Part shown: positions 24,801-36,700 of the stretch, piece by piece
Layout of the letters: each line of letters starts with the position of its first letter
Position numbering within the stretch: the stretch's first letter is position 1
Origin: Macrostomum hystrix
Lineage: Eukaryota; Animalia; Platyhelminthes
Direction: 5' to 3'
Assembly (NCBI GenBank): GCA_950097015.1
Contig: CATNEN010000001.1
Location: 6,386,001 to 6,450,000 of the forward strand
Length of the DNA: 64,000 nucleotides
Translations under genes and position numbers: made by a program
The notes under the pieces: model-generated
The model's input: only the letters and a program-made list of their open reading frames with translations
Databases searched by the model: none
What the model was told of the DNA's origin: nothing

Positions 24801-27800
24801 AGTCAAAAATGCCTTTGTAAAGAATATTTGACCAGCTTATTAAGGCAATTCATTTTATCAGGCTCAAACACTCACTGGAATATGAATTCAGAGTGACTGT
24901 TTGTCTAATTCGATCAAATTCTTCCTTGGCTAGAAAGGCTGGCACACTGGCTGTGTTTGCGATTCACTATTTTCCTAACGCAGGTCATTTTAGGCCATCG
25001 TAGGAATCAAATCAGATTTGGCAGTTCAGGTCAAAGCACAGGAGAAATGATTTCAAAGAAAGTGCCAATAATGTATTCCCTGACTCTCTGGTGTTCAGGA
25101 ATGGGAAATGGGGAAAATGAGGAGCAATCATTTCCGGTCAATTTATCCTCGATTGGTAAGTTCCAGCAATCGTGCTGTTGTTTTCTGATGAGATTTGACT
25201 AGCTGGGAATGAAAAATGAAAGTTGGAAAATTATTAATTGGACAGGAATGTTCTGATAATATATCTCCCGCTTGTCCTGCTTCAATTAGGAATAAAAATT
25301 TTCGGACTCGCGACTTGAAGGTCGGTGGTTCGATTCCCGACTCCACTGAAACAATTCGTATTCTTTAGCACCACTCTAGTCGAAAACAAGGCTTCTTATG
25401 TTCAGTTTTAGAGCCAATTTTAAAATGCGATTGCGTGTGCATTATAGTTTACATTTTTACTAGTGAAAGGAGGTCGGACGCTTCGAAAATAACGAAGGCC
25501 CACAAAGATTTTAATTGGAAAATTCAGGCGCAGCTTATAGAATTCTTATTTTAGCTCGCAAAATGAAAAATTGAATAATTTTATTCATGCAGCGAAAAGA
25601 TCTAGGCACGTTTTTTAATTGTGTGCTGTAGGTTTGTTTATCAAGTCTATTAAGTTTATTTCTTCCGGAATTACTATCACGACATGACGAAATGGAAAAA
25701 ATTCTCCTTTGCAAATCCCCAGGTGTTCTCTCAACCGTATGCCGACTGCGAGCGACAGTTTCACAGCTGCTCTGACTGTTTGGCGACCAGTAATCCTCAC
25801 TGTCTATGGTCCAACCTGCCCGGAACAGACGGAGGCTGCCGTACAGTTAATCCGCATGAGTCAATCTACGCCACTGCAGCACCGAGTTCATTGTCCTACT
25901 TAACTAACATTGAGCAATGCTCAAAGGTGACATCGATTTCCGGCGAAAATATCGATTTTGATCGTCTGAGTCAATCGGGTAACGATACTCACACTGTCAC
26001 AGCCACTGTACTCAACGTGCCGCAAGGGCTCAACCTGTTCTGCCACCTGGAGGATGGATCAACAGACGACGCTGAAGTGGCCAGCGTTGGCTATCGCGGT
26101 GCAAGCGCTGATGTGACCTGCAAGCTGAGAACAGATCGACTCAGGCAGTATCTGGGTGATCTGAGTGAGTGCCAATCTCATGAATTGCTGCTAGATTCCT
26201 AGCTGCTGATCTCTGGCTGTTTGATTGGCCTATCCCATCACCCTATCCCATCACCCTATCCCATCACCCTATCCCATTACCCTATCCCATCACCCTATCC
26301 CATCACCCTATCCCATCACCCTATCCCATCACCCTATCCCATCACCCTATCCCATCACCCTATCCCATCACCCTATCCCATCACCCTATCCCATTACCCT
26401 ATCCCATCAATCCCATCACCCTATCCATCCCACTCTATCCCATCATCTAATCCCATCCCACTGTGTCCCATTCCGCATTGCAGCCAGCCGTCAGCTGAAA
26501 CTAGTCCTATCGGTGAACCGACAGTCCAACCGGCCGAACCTGGCAACATCCGGTCTGCAAGTCTTCACCTGCAGTCGGCACGCCAGCTGCGGCAGTTGCG
26601 CCAGCGCCGACTCCAGTCGTTGCGGCTGGTGCATTGCTGAAGGCGTCTGTCGGGCTGTCGACTCTACCAATTGTCGACGCGATGACAGTCCGACTAAGGA
26701 GGCTTTGATCGCGTCAAGCTCGGATTGTCCGAGAGTTGGTCTGAGCAATCTGAGCAGCAGAGCTACTCCAGTGCTACCCTCGGGTGCTACAGAGAATCAA
26801 CTTGGAGACACTGGTCTGCTCTACAGTGCTAGCGGCTTGCAGGTAACACTGATTGCAGATTGTAATTCTTAGGTTTGTTCCTTATTGGTGTCAAATATAC
26901 ACACAGTACTTCATTCCGTACATTCCGCTGACCCCATGAGCACAGACGCAGTGTACATCTCCCATTCCTTCGTCGTCGTGAGTGTACACTCTCACTGTGC
27001 CTTGGGGTCGGCCATCGTGGGCGAATAATTGTACGAAATGACTCGAGCTCAGAGTTGCTAATAGATTTAATGTGTTTTTATGGGCTGGACCAAAAATTAG
27101 CGTAATAGTAACTCAAGATCTTTTGCATAAGCCTCGGTTTGATCGTGTTTTATATGGCCTACAGAGAAGCACGACTAAAGATCGTTTAACTGTGCTGAGC
27201 CTATGTGTTAACTCCCTCCCTAATCAATAATAAGCAATACGGAGTCGGGTGGACAAAAAAAAAGAGGAAAGAAGGGAAAATGGAAAGCAAACAGATAAAC
27301 TGGGAAAGAAATCGAACCGGGTAGTGGCTCTCTGAGTCATAGAGGGGCCGTATAAACACAGCATCCGCCTTCTCTCATTCATCTGCTCACGCTGATCAAT
27401 AACGAATCTAAACCAGCCGCCCTAGTCATCGCATTTTTTTCTCCCATGACATTTTCGCAGCCGTACATGCGACAGTTCCGCTGCGTCGTCACTTGCCCCG
27501 GTGCTCGCGCTGTCAACCTGCCGGCTGGCTTGCAGGACAATGGTCGGCAGCTCAAATGTCATCTGGAGTCTCAGATTCGTCTGGTCTATGCGTCGGATAG
27601 TCTGCCGAATGTCACGTGCTCCGTGCGCTTTTACTGGACGTACCAGACGTCAGAATCTGGCATTGGACGCCAGCTAGATGCTGACGGTCCGGCATCCGGT
27701 CTTGCTCTATACAAGTGTGAAAATATGGCCGGCTCGTGTGACGCGTGTGTATTATCCTTGCCGCAACGGTGGGGCTGTGTCTGGTGCGGCGACACCTGCT

Positions 27801-30800
27801 CAGTGGCTTCCGCATGCAGCAGCAGCAGCCGTGTTCAACATGGCGGCCTGTGCGCCAATCCCCAGTTGTCACAGGTTCGACCATCGAAGCTGGCGCCTCG
27901 ACCGAATCTCAGGCTTCGCGTGGACGGCTCCAACCTGGGCAACTCACCAGCCAGTCTCTCTGCCAGTCTGATCCCAACGATAGCGTCGGCCCAGCCATTA
28001 GTGTGTCGCGTTGAGTCGTCTAGCTATCAGCCTGGGCACACTTTTGAGTGCTACGTAGACGAGGCACCACTAGAGAACGCTGGCGACTACCGTCTTGAGG
28101 TAAAAATTGTTGGTTTCGCCAATGGCGCCACAGCCACCGCTGTCAGTGATCTTCTGCCCGTTCGTCTGCCCTCTGTGACGGCTGTGTATCCGGAGTCAGT
28201 GCAGCGAAGTGGACGCGTTGAGGTTCGGCTGTCGGGAATGAACCTTGACGCTGGCTCAGATCTGTTTGTGACCTGGCGTCCTGTGACCGAAAACAAGAGC
28301 GTACTCAATTCAGATGTCAACGCTGACGAAGTACTCGACCGTGTCGATGATAGACTGCTAATTAAGCTGGGCGTCTTCGCCAAACCTGGGATCTACAGGC
28401 CGATTTTATCCATTCAAGGGCACGTCATTGAAACCGGTGAATCTAGAAATGTCTCGCTCCTGAAAGTGATGCCAGATGCTGAGTTGAGCATTGCTAAGGA
28501 TGAGCTTAGGTCAGGGCTAATCCCAGCTGGCGGACTGGATTTCGTCATCTCGGGGAAGCGCCTGTCGGTGGTTCGCCGGGCCGTGCTGAAACTAGTCGAG
28601 GTGTTTAACTCAAGCGAAACTGCATCCAACAGAACAGAAAAGCCACAGGTTCTAGAAGCAGCCTGTCAATTCACGACTTTCAATGGAGCTGTCGATGTTG
28701 AGCGCTTCATCTGTACGAGCCCGGCTGTGCCTCAGTCGACGTCTAACAACAACAAACAGAGGCGGCGTCGAAGTGTGGCTAATGACACCCTGCCAGTTCG
28801 CAGATTTGCAGCCACAGTCCTGCTGGATGATCTGAGTCACCCGTATCCAACGCCGGTTCTAACCGTGTTTCCGAATCCGGCACTCGAACCGATGCGCCAG
28901 ATGCCGGAAGTGCTTCTAGCGAGCGCATCCGAGGCCAGCCAGTCTCGCCAACTGCGGTTGCTTGGTCGCGACTTTTTTCAGTCTGTGAAACCAGGCGATA
29001 TTCGAGTGTTGGTCGGCCCAGCGACCTGCGATCGCGTTACGGTAATTAAAACTTCCGAGAATCTCAATATTGTCGACTGCCAGTTCCGCCTGTCTGAGAC
29101 GGACCTGGGTCGGGCTCTTCGCGTGCGTGCCACCATTGGCTATTTAAATTTTGACCTTGGTCACGTGACTTACGCAGTGGAGTTTCCATGGATCTACGTC
29201 TACATTGCTGCTGGTATCGGGTCGGTGCTACTTATCGCATTGGCCATTGCCTGCTGCATCCACTTGCAGCAACACTCGCGCAAGCGTCGTGACAAAGTGA
29301 ATGGCATCGAGGTGCATCTAAATAACCTGGAAGCTAAAGTATCAAAAAGTTGTCGCGAGGCATTCGCCGAACTGCAGCTGAACTCAACTCCGGACGGTCC
29401 GTACTGGACGGAAGACCCAACAGCCCCGGTCCCAGTGCGAACCTACGGCCAATTCGCAGCGTACTCCTGTTTCGCGGAGAGATACAAGGATAGGTAAGTA
29501 TTGATGATGATCGATTGCAGATAATCAGGGCAGAGAGTGGTTGCCAATTCGAGTAGAGATAGTAAAATAATAGAATCAACACAATAAAACTTAATTGGTT
29601 AGTCAGTCATCTGTGGCTCCATTCTATTGTCTATTTTTCTCTTATGACCTACAAGCTCCCTAGGTGGTTAGGGCTTCGAATCTCAGCCTTATGGTGTGGT
29701 GACCTCCCAAGTCCATCAGTGAACACCGACTGTATGGGACACTTGCTTCAATTCTATTTTATATTCTGAAGAGTATAATTTAACATTTTAAAATAGAAAC
29801 TTCTCCTGTTATTGTTCTAGATTCCGTACAAACGACTACCTTTTCGCCGACGTGGCCACAGAGGATGCAGCAAATGGGCACGACACTCCTGAGGTGCGCA
29901 AATCTCTTGTCCAGCTGAGGCACCTGCTTTTAAACGAAGACTTTCTGTTGGCTCTGATCTCAGCGTTGGAGTCTCGAAAAGACAGTTTCCTGCACCAGGA
30001 GCGCAACCACTTCGGCTCATTGGTGTCAGCTCTGCTGTTCTCCGATCCATCCTACTTTACTCGCATCCTGACGGTGCTGATTCGTCAGCTGATTGAGCGG
30101 AAACGTGACGCTCAAGACAACTGCAAGGTGACCTTCCGACGGTGCGACTCGGTTGCTGAGCGGTTACTACCCAACTGGCTTGCCTTCCAAATGTATGACT
30201 ATCTGGCTGGCAGGGTGGCCGAACCTCTGTACCGACTGAACCGGGAGATGCGGCTGCAAATCTACCGAGGACCAGTTGACCAGGTGACGGAGGACTCCAG
30301 ATATACTATCAACGAGCAGAAACTGCTCAAAAAGGAGATCACGTTTCGGACAATTGTGAGTTGACTTATCTCGATTAGATATGAGTCTCCGGATCCTCCG
30401 GACTGAAGAATTTCCACGGCTTTTGTTCCAGATTCTGATATTTCACGACCGTCTCCGTCAGTTTGGTGAAGGCGCAGAGCCACTCCAATGCAAGGTTCCC
30501 GTGCTGGACTGCGACACGGTGCGGCAGGCAAAAGAGAAAATCTTGGACGTTGTGTACTCGCGCCTGCGAGTGCCAGCTTCCCGGAGATTGCTAGCAGATC
30601 ACTTTGATCTAGTGAGGATAGCAACACCAGCTGTGGCGGGCGATAAGACGAGCTCAGCAGGTGAGCGTCGAAAACTCTACCTTCTGCATCAAATCGTTGA
30701 TCGCTGATTGCTTGTCAATCAAACAAACTTTTTATCCATCTGAAATCCACGCTTTTAGGTCGTCCCCAAGCCGACAGCATCCACGTCCTGACGGAGGTGG

Positions 30801-32611
30801 ACGATTCGGACTCAGGCAGCGACGGGACTCAACGGCTGAGACGCATGAGCTGCTTGAATCTTGGCGACAACGCTGCGTCTAATAACAATGGCGGGGGTGG
30901 CGCCACTCCGCTCTGGGTGTACCTGAGACCCAGGAAGCCCACAGGCAGTTCAATTGAGTCGACGAGGCGTGGTCTGTGCAAAGGAGCTTCTTACGGTAGG
31001 TGTTCTCATCGGAATTTTATCATTTGAAAGGAGGTGTCGGACTACAAATCGAAAACTTCCAACCATCTACAAAACAGCCGACATCGGCAGTCTGCCCAGC
31101 GGTGTCAGCTCAAAGTCTCTGCAGGACATGAAGCACATCAGCAGTTCGTACAGCAGGTTATCTACGGCGGCGCCAAGACAGTACCACCTAATTCAGCCCA
31201 GCGGTCCAACCTCCCACACCCTGGATCGCAGTAACAAGAAGCGTCGTCACGGAGGTCGGACCAAACGTAGCGACGCTATCGGAGACGGAGACAATCAGCA
31301 AATCGTGTCCGAGGCGCTCTATCCGATCCTTTTGAGTACAAAGGTACAAAAACTTTGTTTGTTGACTTTCGATAATTACTCGTATGTTCGCCACCAGTAC
31401 AACCCTGAGAATAAAAAATTTCCTCATTTCCAGAAAAACCTTGTCAACAAGATCACCGCTCTTTTTGCTGCTTTATTCCCAACTGAGCAAGAGCTGCGGC
31501 AGCTTAAACGACTATCATCTGTGGTTTCAATGGAGCCAGAGCAGCAGCAGCAGCAGCAGGCTCAGCAGCAGATCGACATTCCACACTGTGTAGTCTACCT
31601 GTTCGATCTCCTCGATCAATTGGCCAACAAAGATGGCGGCGCCGATGTTGCGCACGTATGGAAGTCGAACGCTTTAATGCTGCGCTTCTACACTCATCAC
31701 CTGTTGAACGTTGAATACCTGCTGGATGTCGATGTTCCCGGTCCCGTGCGCTACTGCATGAGCACCGTTTCAACGCTCTTCATGGACGCTTGCAGCGCTG
31801 AGCAGCCCAAGAAGCCGGACAAAACTTCCACAGCGCAGAGGCTGCTATTCTACAGCGAGATCTCCTGCCTGCACCAGCGAGTCAACGCCTATTATGCCTC
31901 CGTCCAGAAGCGCTGCCAAACCAGAGACTCGTCGGCTGAGGACTTGTTGAGTCAGCCCGCAACGTCTTTGACAGCGCAGTCTCAACCGCTGCCTCCACCG
32001 CCTCGCGACTGCCGACCATTTAACGCTGGCCCGCTGCTCAAGGAGCTATTTGTCAGCTTCGTGTTTAAGTACTTTGACGATGTGAGTACGACTTTTATCC
32101 AACGCTTATAAATTACATTAACAATAGAAAGAGCATGATCCACACGACTTTCAAATGCCTACTTCATTTCTTCAAAACAGAAGGACTGATTTTCGTGAAA
32201 GTCCACCATATGGATCAATTTTTGTTTACATTTTAAAGACGTCCGGCATCGACATCGTCGAGATATGCAGCAATTATTGAATTGTTTTCATTAGCAAGAC
32301 AGACACTTAACTGCATTGCTTTGAATCAACTAGCTTTTTATTGGGTCCATTCCCTTTTTTAAGGTTAATCTGATCGTTAATAACCGAATTACATTTTATA
32401 CCAGGTGATTCGGCATCTGCAACAGCAGCAGCCAATGGTTTCCGATAGTTTAATAGCCAGCTTGCAGTCCATCGCTCTGGTTTTGAGCAGTGAGTCTCCT
32501 GTACAGACACAGCAGCAGCAGCAACCCACATTGACAGCGTCGGGTAGTCGCGATCGGAAGAAGCGATCGACCTCACGACCTGCGTTAGACTCAAACGCTT
32601 ACGAGTTTTAG
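15813..32611 (+). CDS. Plexin (semaphorin receptor), ~2136 aa. Exons: 15813-16716, 19184-19734, 25723-26164, 26484-26842, 27461-29493, 29821-30355, 30432-30660, 30759-30995, 31078-31343, 31434-32081, 32405-32611
   Basis: Signal peptide MLWLMLQLLLAFAC; Sema-type motifs (PTDNY, RLARLCSDD...YVETFIDC, VYVGTFAGRV); three PSI repeats (SCSDCL...CLW, SCGSC...CGWC, SCDAC...CVWC); IPT domains; TM segment WIYVYIAAGIGSVLLIALAIACCI. The cytoplasmic split GAP/RBD region carries CREAFAELQ, FRRCDSVAERLLPNW, GPVDQVT..SRYTINEQKLL, VLDCDTVRQAKEKILD and HVWKSNALMLRFY. All introns are GT-AG with matching phase; total 6411 nt. Confidence 0.93.
16826..17140 (-). mobile_element. SINE family A, copy 2 (plexin intron 1), with (TAT)n-like tail
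   Basis: Colinear with copy 1. B-box-like gctcgattcc; central hairpin; tail ...gtcaccaaatgatgcgccagtgcccacagtgcttattattaata on the minus strand. Confidence 0.75.
18497..19008. repeat. Minisatellite, 22-bp unit GGATTCACATCTTCACCAAATT
   Basis: About 23 tandem units in plexin intron 1. Confidence 0.96.
19010..19110 (+). mobile_element. SINE family A, 3' fragment abutting the 22-bp array
   Basis: gtgcgtgtgtgctcaggagtcagcggaatgggcagaattgcctcctcgctggctgcgggtctggtgtcacc matches the 3' half of the other copies. Confidence 0.7.
19790..20145. repeat. Degenerate minisatellite, ~22-bp unit AAGGGTGAGATTTTAAAGAATG
   Basis: Tandem units beginning just after the exon-2 donor of plexin. Confidence 0.85.
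21342..22655. repeat. Minisatellite, 46-bp unit AGAAATCCGTGATTAGAATCCCAGTTCCTCTTTTTGTCTGATTCTA
   Basis: About 28 tandem units in plexin intron 2. Confidence 0.96.
23005..23380 (-). mobile_element. SINE family A copy (~23105-23360, internally deleted) apparently nested in a SINE family B remnant
   Basis: 23020-23094 (gtccatggac...gccacaccc...tagctaatgctgatacccatttac) matches family B. Family A sequence follows, then caactgggtg (23371-23380) resumes the B CORE sequence cagctgggtg. Confidence 0.6.
23870..24790. repeat. Purine-rich minisatellite, 25-bp unit GAGAATGAGAAGTAGATTGGAGGGT
   Basis: Direct tandem repetition in plexin intron 2. Confidence 0.96.
25304..25370 (+). mobile_element. 5' (tRNA head) fragment of SINE family B
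   Basis: ggactcgcgacttgaaggtcggtggttcgattcccgactccactgaaacaattcgtattctttagca matches the head of the 14955-15175 copy, including the B box. Confidence 0.6.
26229..26460. repeat. Minisatellite, 13-bp unit CCCTATCCCATCA
   Basis: Tandem units filling most of plexin intron 3. Confidence 0.95.
26920..27012 (-). mobile_element. Diverged SINE family A fragment
   Basis: cattccgctgaccccatgagcacagac...gtgtacactctcactgtgccttggggtcggcc resembles copies 1 and 2. Confidence 0.5.
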
Positions 32612-33720
32612 CGTTTCGTTTGCGCATGCTAATTTGATAAGTACGAGCTCGTACGAGCTATATTCTCATAGACGACCTCACATTATTTTTCGTTAAAATC
32701 TCTTCCACTGAGACAGTTTGAATTGTTCAAATTCACAAAGTTCAAATTGTGTGTATATAAAATTATCCAATGTATCCAATCTGTCTATTGTTGAAAATCC
32801 TCTACATATATATGTGTGTGATATGCTTAAACAAATTCAGTAAAGCTCGTTGTTGTCAGCGGTGCAATTATAAGCGAATTCTAGCAAAGGTCAAAGTCTC
32901 AAAAACCTCAACGAATTCGAGTATAGTTTAAAAAGGTAATCAGGTTTCAAGCTTTCTATCATCGTTGCTTTCGCAATTCCAAATTAAAGCCAACGAATTT
33001 CACTTGCTCGCATGTCAAAGCCGCTTTATCGCTTCCGCTAATATTATTAATTAATTGTTTATACATTTTTACAAATTTTATACTACTTGCGAGTAGCAAG
33101 TTTAGTATATCATGGCTTGCAACTTCTGTAGTTTCTTTTGTATTTTTTAATCACGAGTATTACAATTATTTATTAATAGTCTTCATTCTTTCTATGCACG
33201 CAATAATGTGCAATTTTACAGTTTTTTCTAGGACAAGGTTGTTTGCAGTTGATCTGAAAGAATTTCTGCAAATGTTTTTAAGTACTCAAGTGTCTTCAAC
33301 GACAGTTCATTTTCATGGCCTTTAGCTTCAGCGAAGCTTGCTGCAGTATGATTACCAAAAGCTTTTGTTATAAAAGCTATGCTCTACCAGCTTTCCTAGA
33401 AGTGCATATTAATTAAACAGTTCTACTCACTTATTCTCTACTCTTGAATAGTGCACTAAGTAGTTCTGCTCTACTACAAGTAATGATATTCATGATACAA
33501 ACTAAACTACTTGCAAACAGATGATTCAGATAAGTGACCATACACTTTTCTGCATTGGTATCCAGCAGATAATAAAAGTACTACTGCAAAGTAGAAGTCT
33601 TTGTTTTCTATTTTTTTCTGAGAATCATGGTCAATGATCCTGATAATCGTTAAAACTGCAAATGGATCATAGCAAGATTTTAAAAATCATTGCAAAATAC
33701 CAGGAATCGTAGCAAGATGC

Positions 33721-36700
33721 CAGGAATCGTCGCAGGATCCAGTGAATCGTCGCAAGATCCAGAGAATCGTCGCAAGATCAAGAGAATCCTCGCAAGATCC
33801 AGAGAATCGTCGCAGGATCAAGAGAATCGTCGCAGGATCCAGAGAATCCTCGCAAGATCCAGAGAATCGTTGCAAGATCCAGAGAATCGTTGCAAGATCC
33901 AGAGAATCGTAGCAAGATCCAGAGAATCGTCGCAGGATCAAGAGAATCCTCGCAAGATCCAGAGAATCCTCGCAAGATCCAGAGAATCCTCGCAAGATCC
34001 AGAGAATCCTCGCAAGATCCAGAGAATCGTCGCAGGATCAAGAGAATCGTCGCAGGATCCAGTGAATCGTCGCAAGATCCAGAGAATCCTCGCAAGATCC
34101 AGAGAATCGTCGCAAGATCAAGAGAATCGTTGCAGGATCCAGAGAATCCTCGCAAGATCCAGAGAATCGTCGCAGGATCCAGAGAATCGTCGCAGGATCC
34201 AGAGAATCGTCGCAAGATCCAGAGAATCCTCGCAAGATCCAGAGAATCGTCGCAAGATCCAGAGAATCGTCACAGGATCCAGAGAATCGTCGCAGGATCC
34301 AGAGAATCGTCGCAGGATCCAGAGAATCGTTGCAAGATCCAGAGAATCGTCGCAGGATCCAGAGAATCCTCGCAAGATCCAGAGAATCGTTGCAAGATCC
34401 AGAGAATCGTAGCAAGATACAGAGAATCCTCGCAAGATCCAGAGAATCGTTGCAAGATCCAGAGAATCGTAGCAAGATCCAGAGAATCGTCGCAGGATCA
34501 AGAGAATCGTTGCAAGATCCAGAGAATCCTCGCAAGATCCAGAGAATCCTCGCAGGATCCAGAGAATCCTCGCAAGATCCAGAGAATCCTCGCAAGATCC
34601 AGAGAATCGTAGCAAGATCCAGAGAATCGTCGCAGGATCAAGAGAATCCTCGCAAGATCCAGAGAATCGTCGCAGGATCCAGAGAATCGTCGCATGATCA
34701 AGAGAATCGTCGCAGGATCCAGAGAATCCTCGCAAGATCCAGAGAATCCTCGCAAGATCCAGAGAATCCTCGCAAGATCCAGAGAATCGTAGCAAGATCC
34801 AGAGAATCGTCGCAGGATCAAGAGAATCCTCGCAAGATCCAGAGAATCGTCGCAGGATCCAGAGAATCGTCGCATGATCAAGAGAATCGTCGCAGGATTC
34901 AGAGAATCCTCGCAAGATCCAGAGAATCCTCGCAAGATCAAGAGAATCGTCGCAGGATCCAGAGAATCCTCGCAGGATCCAGAGAATCGTCGCAAGATCA
35001 AGAGAATCGTCGCAGGATCCAGAGAATCGTCGCAGGATCCAGAGAATCGTCGCATGAACAAGAGAATCGTCGCAGGATCCAGAGAATCCTCGCAAGATCC
35101 AGAGAATCGTAGCAAGATCAAGAGAATCGTCGCAGGATCCAGAGAATCGTCGCAGGATCCAGAGAATCGTCGCATGAACAAGAGAATCGTCGCAGTATCC
35201 AGAGAATCCTCGCAAGATCCAGAGAATCCTCGCAAGATCCAGAGAATCGTAGCAAGATCCAGAGAATCGTCGCAGGATCAAGAGAATCCTCGCAAGATCC
35301 AGAGAATCCTCGCAAGATCGAGAGAATCGTAGCAAGATCCAGAGAATCGTCGCATGAACAAGAGAATCGTCGCAGGATCCAGAGAATCGTTGCAAGATCC
35401 AGAGAATCCTCGCAAGATCCAGAGAATCGTCGCAGGATCCAGAGAATCGTTGCAAGATCCAGAGAATCCTCGCAAGATCAAGAGAATCGTCGCAGGATCC
35501 AGAGAATCCTCGCAAGATCCAGAGAATCCTCGCAAGATCCAGAGAATCGTAGCAAGATCCAGAGAATCGTCGCAGGATCAAGAGAATCCTCGCAAGATCC
35601 AGAGAATCCTCGCAAGATCCAGAGAATCGTAGCAAGATCCAGAGAATCGTCGCAGGATCAAGAGAATCGTCGCAGGATCCAGTGAATCGTCGCAAGATCC
35701 AGAGAATCCTCGCAAGATCCAGAGAATCGTCGCAAGATCAAGAGAATCGTTGCAGGATCCAGAGAATCCTCGCAAGATCCAGAGAATCGTCGCAGGATCC
35801 AGAGAATCGTCGCAGGATCCAGAGAATCGTCGCAAGATCCAGAGAATCCTCGCAAGATCCAGAGAATCGTCGCAAGATCCAGAGAATCGTCGCAGGATCC
35901 AGAGAATCGTCGCAGGATCCAGAGAATCCTCGCAAGATCCAGAGAATCGTTGCAAGATCCAGAGAATCGTAGCAAGATACAGAGAATCGTAGCAAGATCC
36001 AGAGAATCGTTGCAAGATCCAGAGAATCGTAGCAAGATCCAGAGAATCGTTGCAGGATCCAGAGAATCGTCGCAGGATCCAGAGAATCCTCGCAAGATCC
36101 AGAGAATCGTTGCAAGATCCAGAGAATCGTAGCAAGATCCAGAGAATCGTCGCAGGATCAAGAGAATCGTTGCAAGATCCAGAGAATCCTCGCAAGATCC
36201 AGAGAATCCTCGCAGGATCCAGAGAATCCTCGCAAGATCCAGAGAATCCTCGCAAGATCCAGAGAATCGTAGCAAGATCCAGAGAATCGTCGCAGGATCA
36301 AGAGAATCCTCGCAAGATCCAGAGAATCGTCGCAGGATCCAGAGAATCGTCGCATGATCAAGAGAATCGTCGCAGGATCCAGAGAATCCTCGCAAGATCC
36401 AGAGAATCCTCGCAAGATCCAGAGAATCCTCGCAAGATCCAGAGAATCGTAGCAAGATCCAGAGAATCGTCGCAGGATCAAGAGAATCCTCGCAAGATCC
36501 AGAGAATCGTCGCAGGATCCAGAGAATCGTCGCATGATCAAGAGAATCGTCGCAGGATTCAGAGAATCCTCGCAAGATCCAGAGAATCCTCGCAAGATCA
36601 AGAGAATCGTCGCAGGATCCAGAGAATCCTCGCAGGATCCAGAGAATCGTCGCAAGATCAAGAGAATCGTCGCAGGATCCAGAGAATCGTCGCAGGATCC

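Noticed and set aside
30996-31030. 35-nt micro-intron in plexin using the AG at 31030
   Set aside because: It leads to a premature stop; the AG at 31077 restores the conserved plexin frame.
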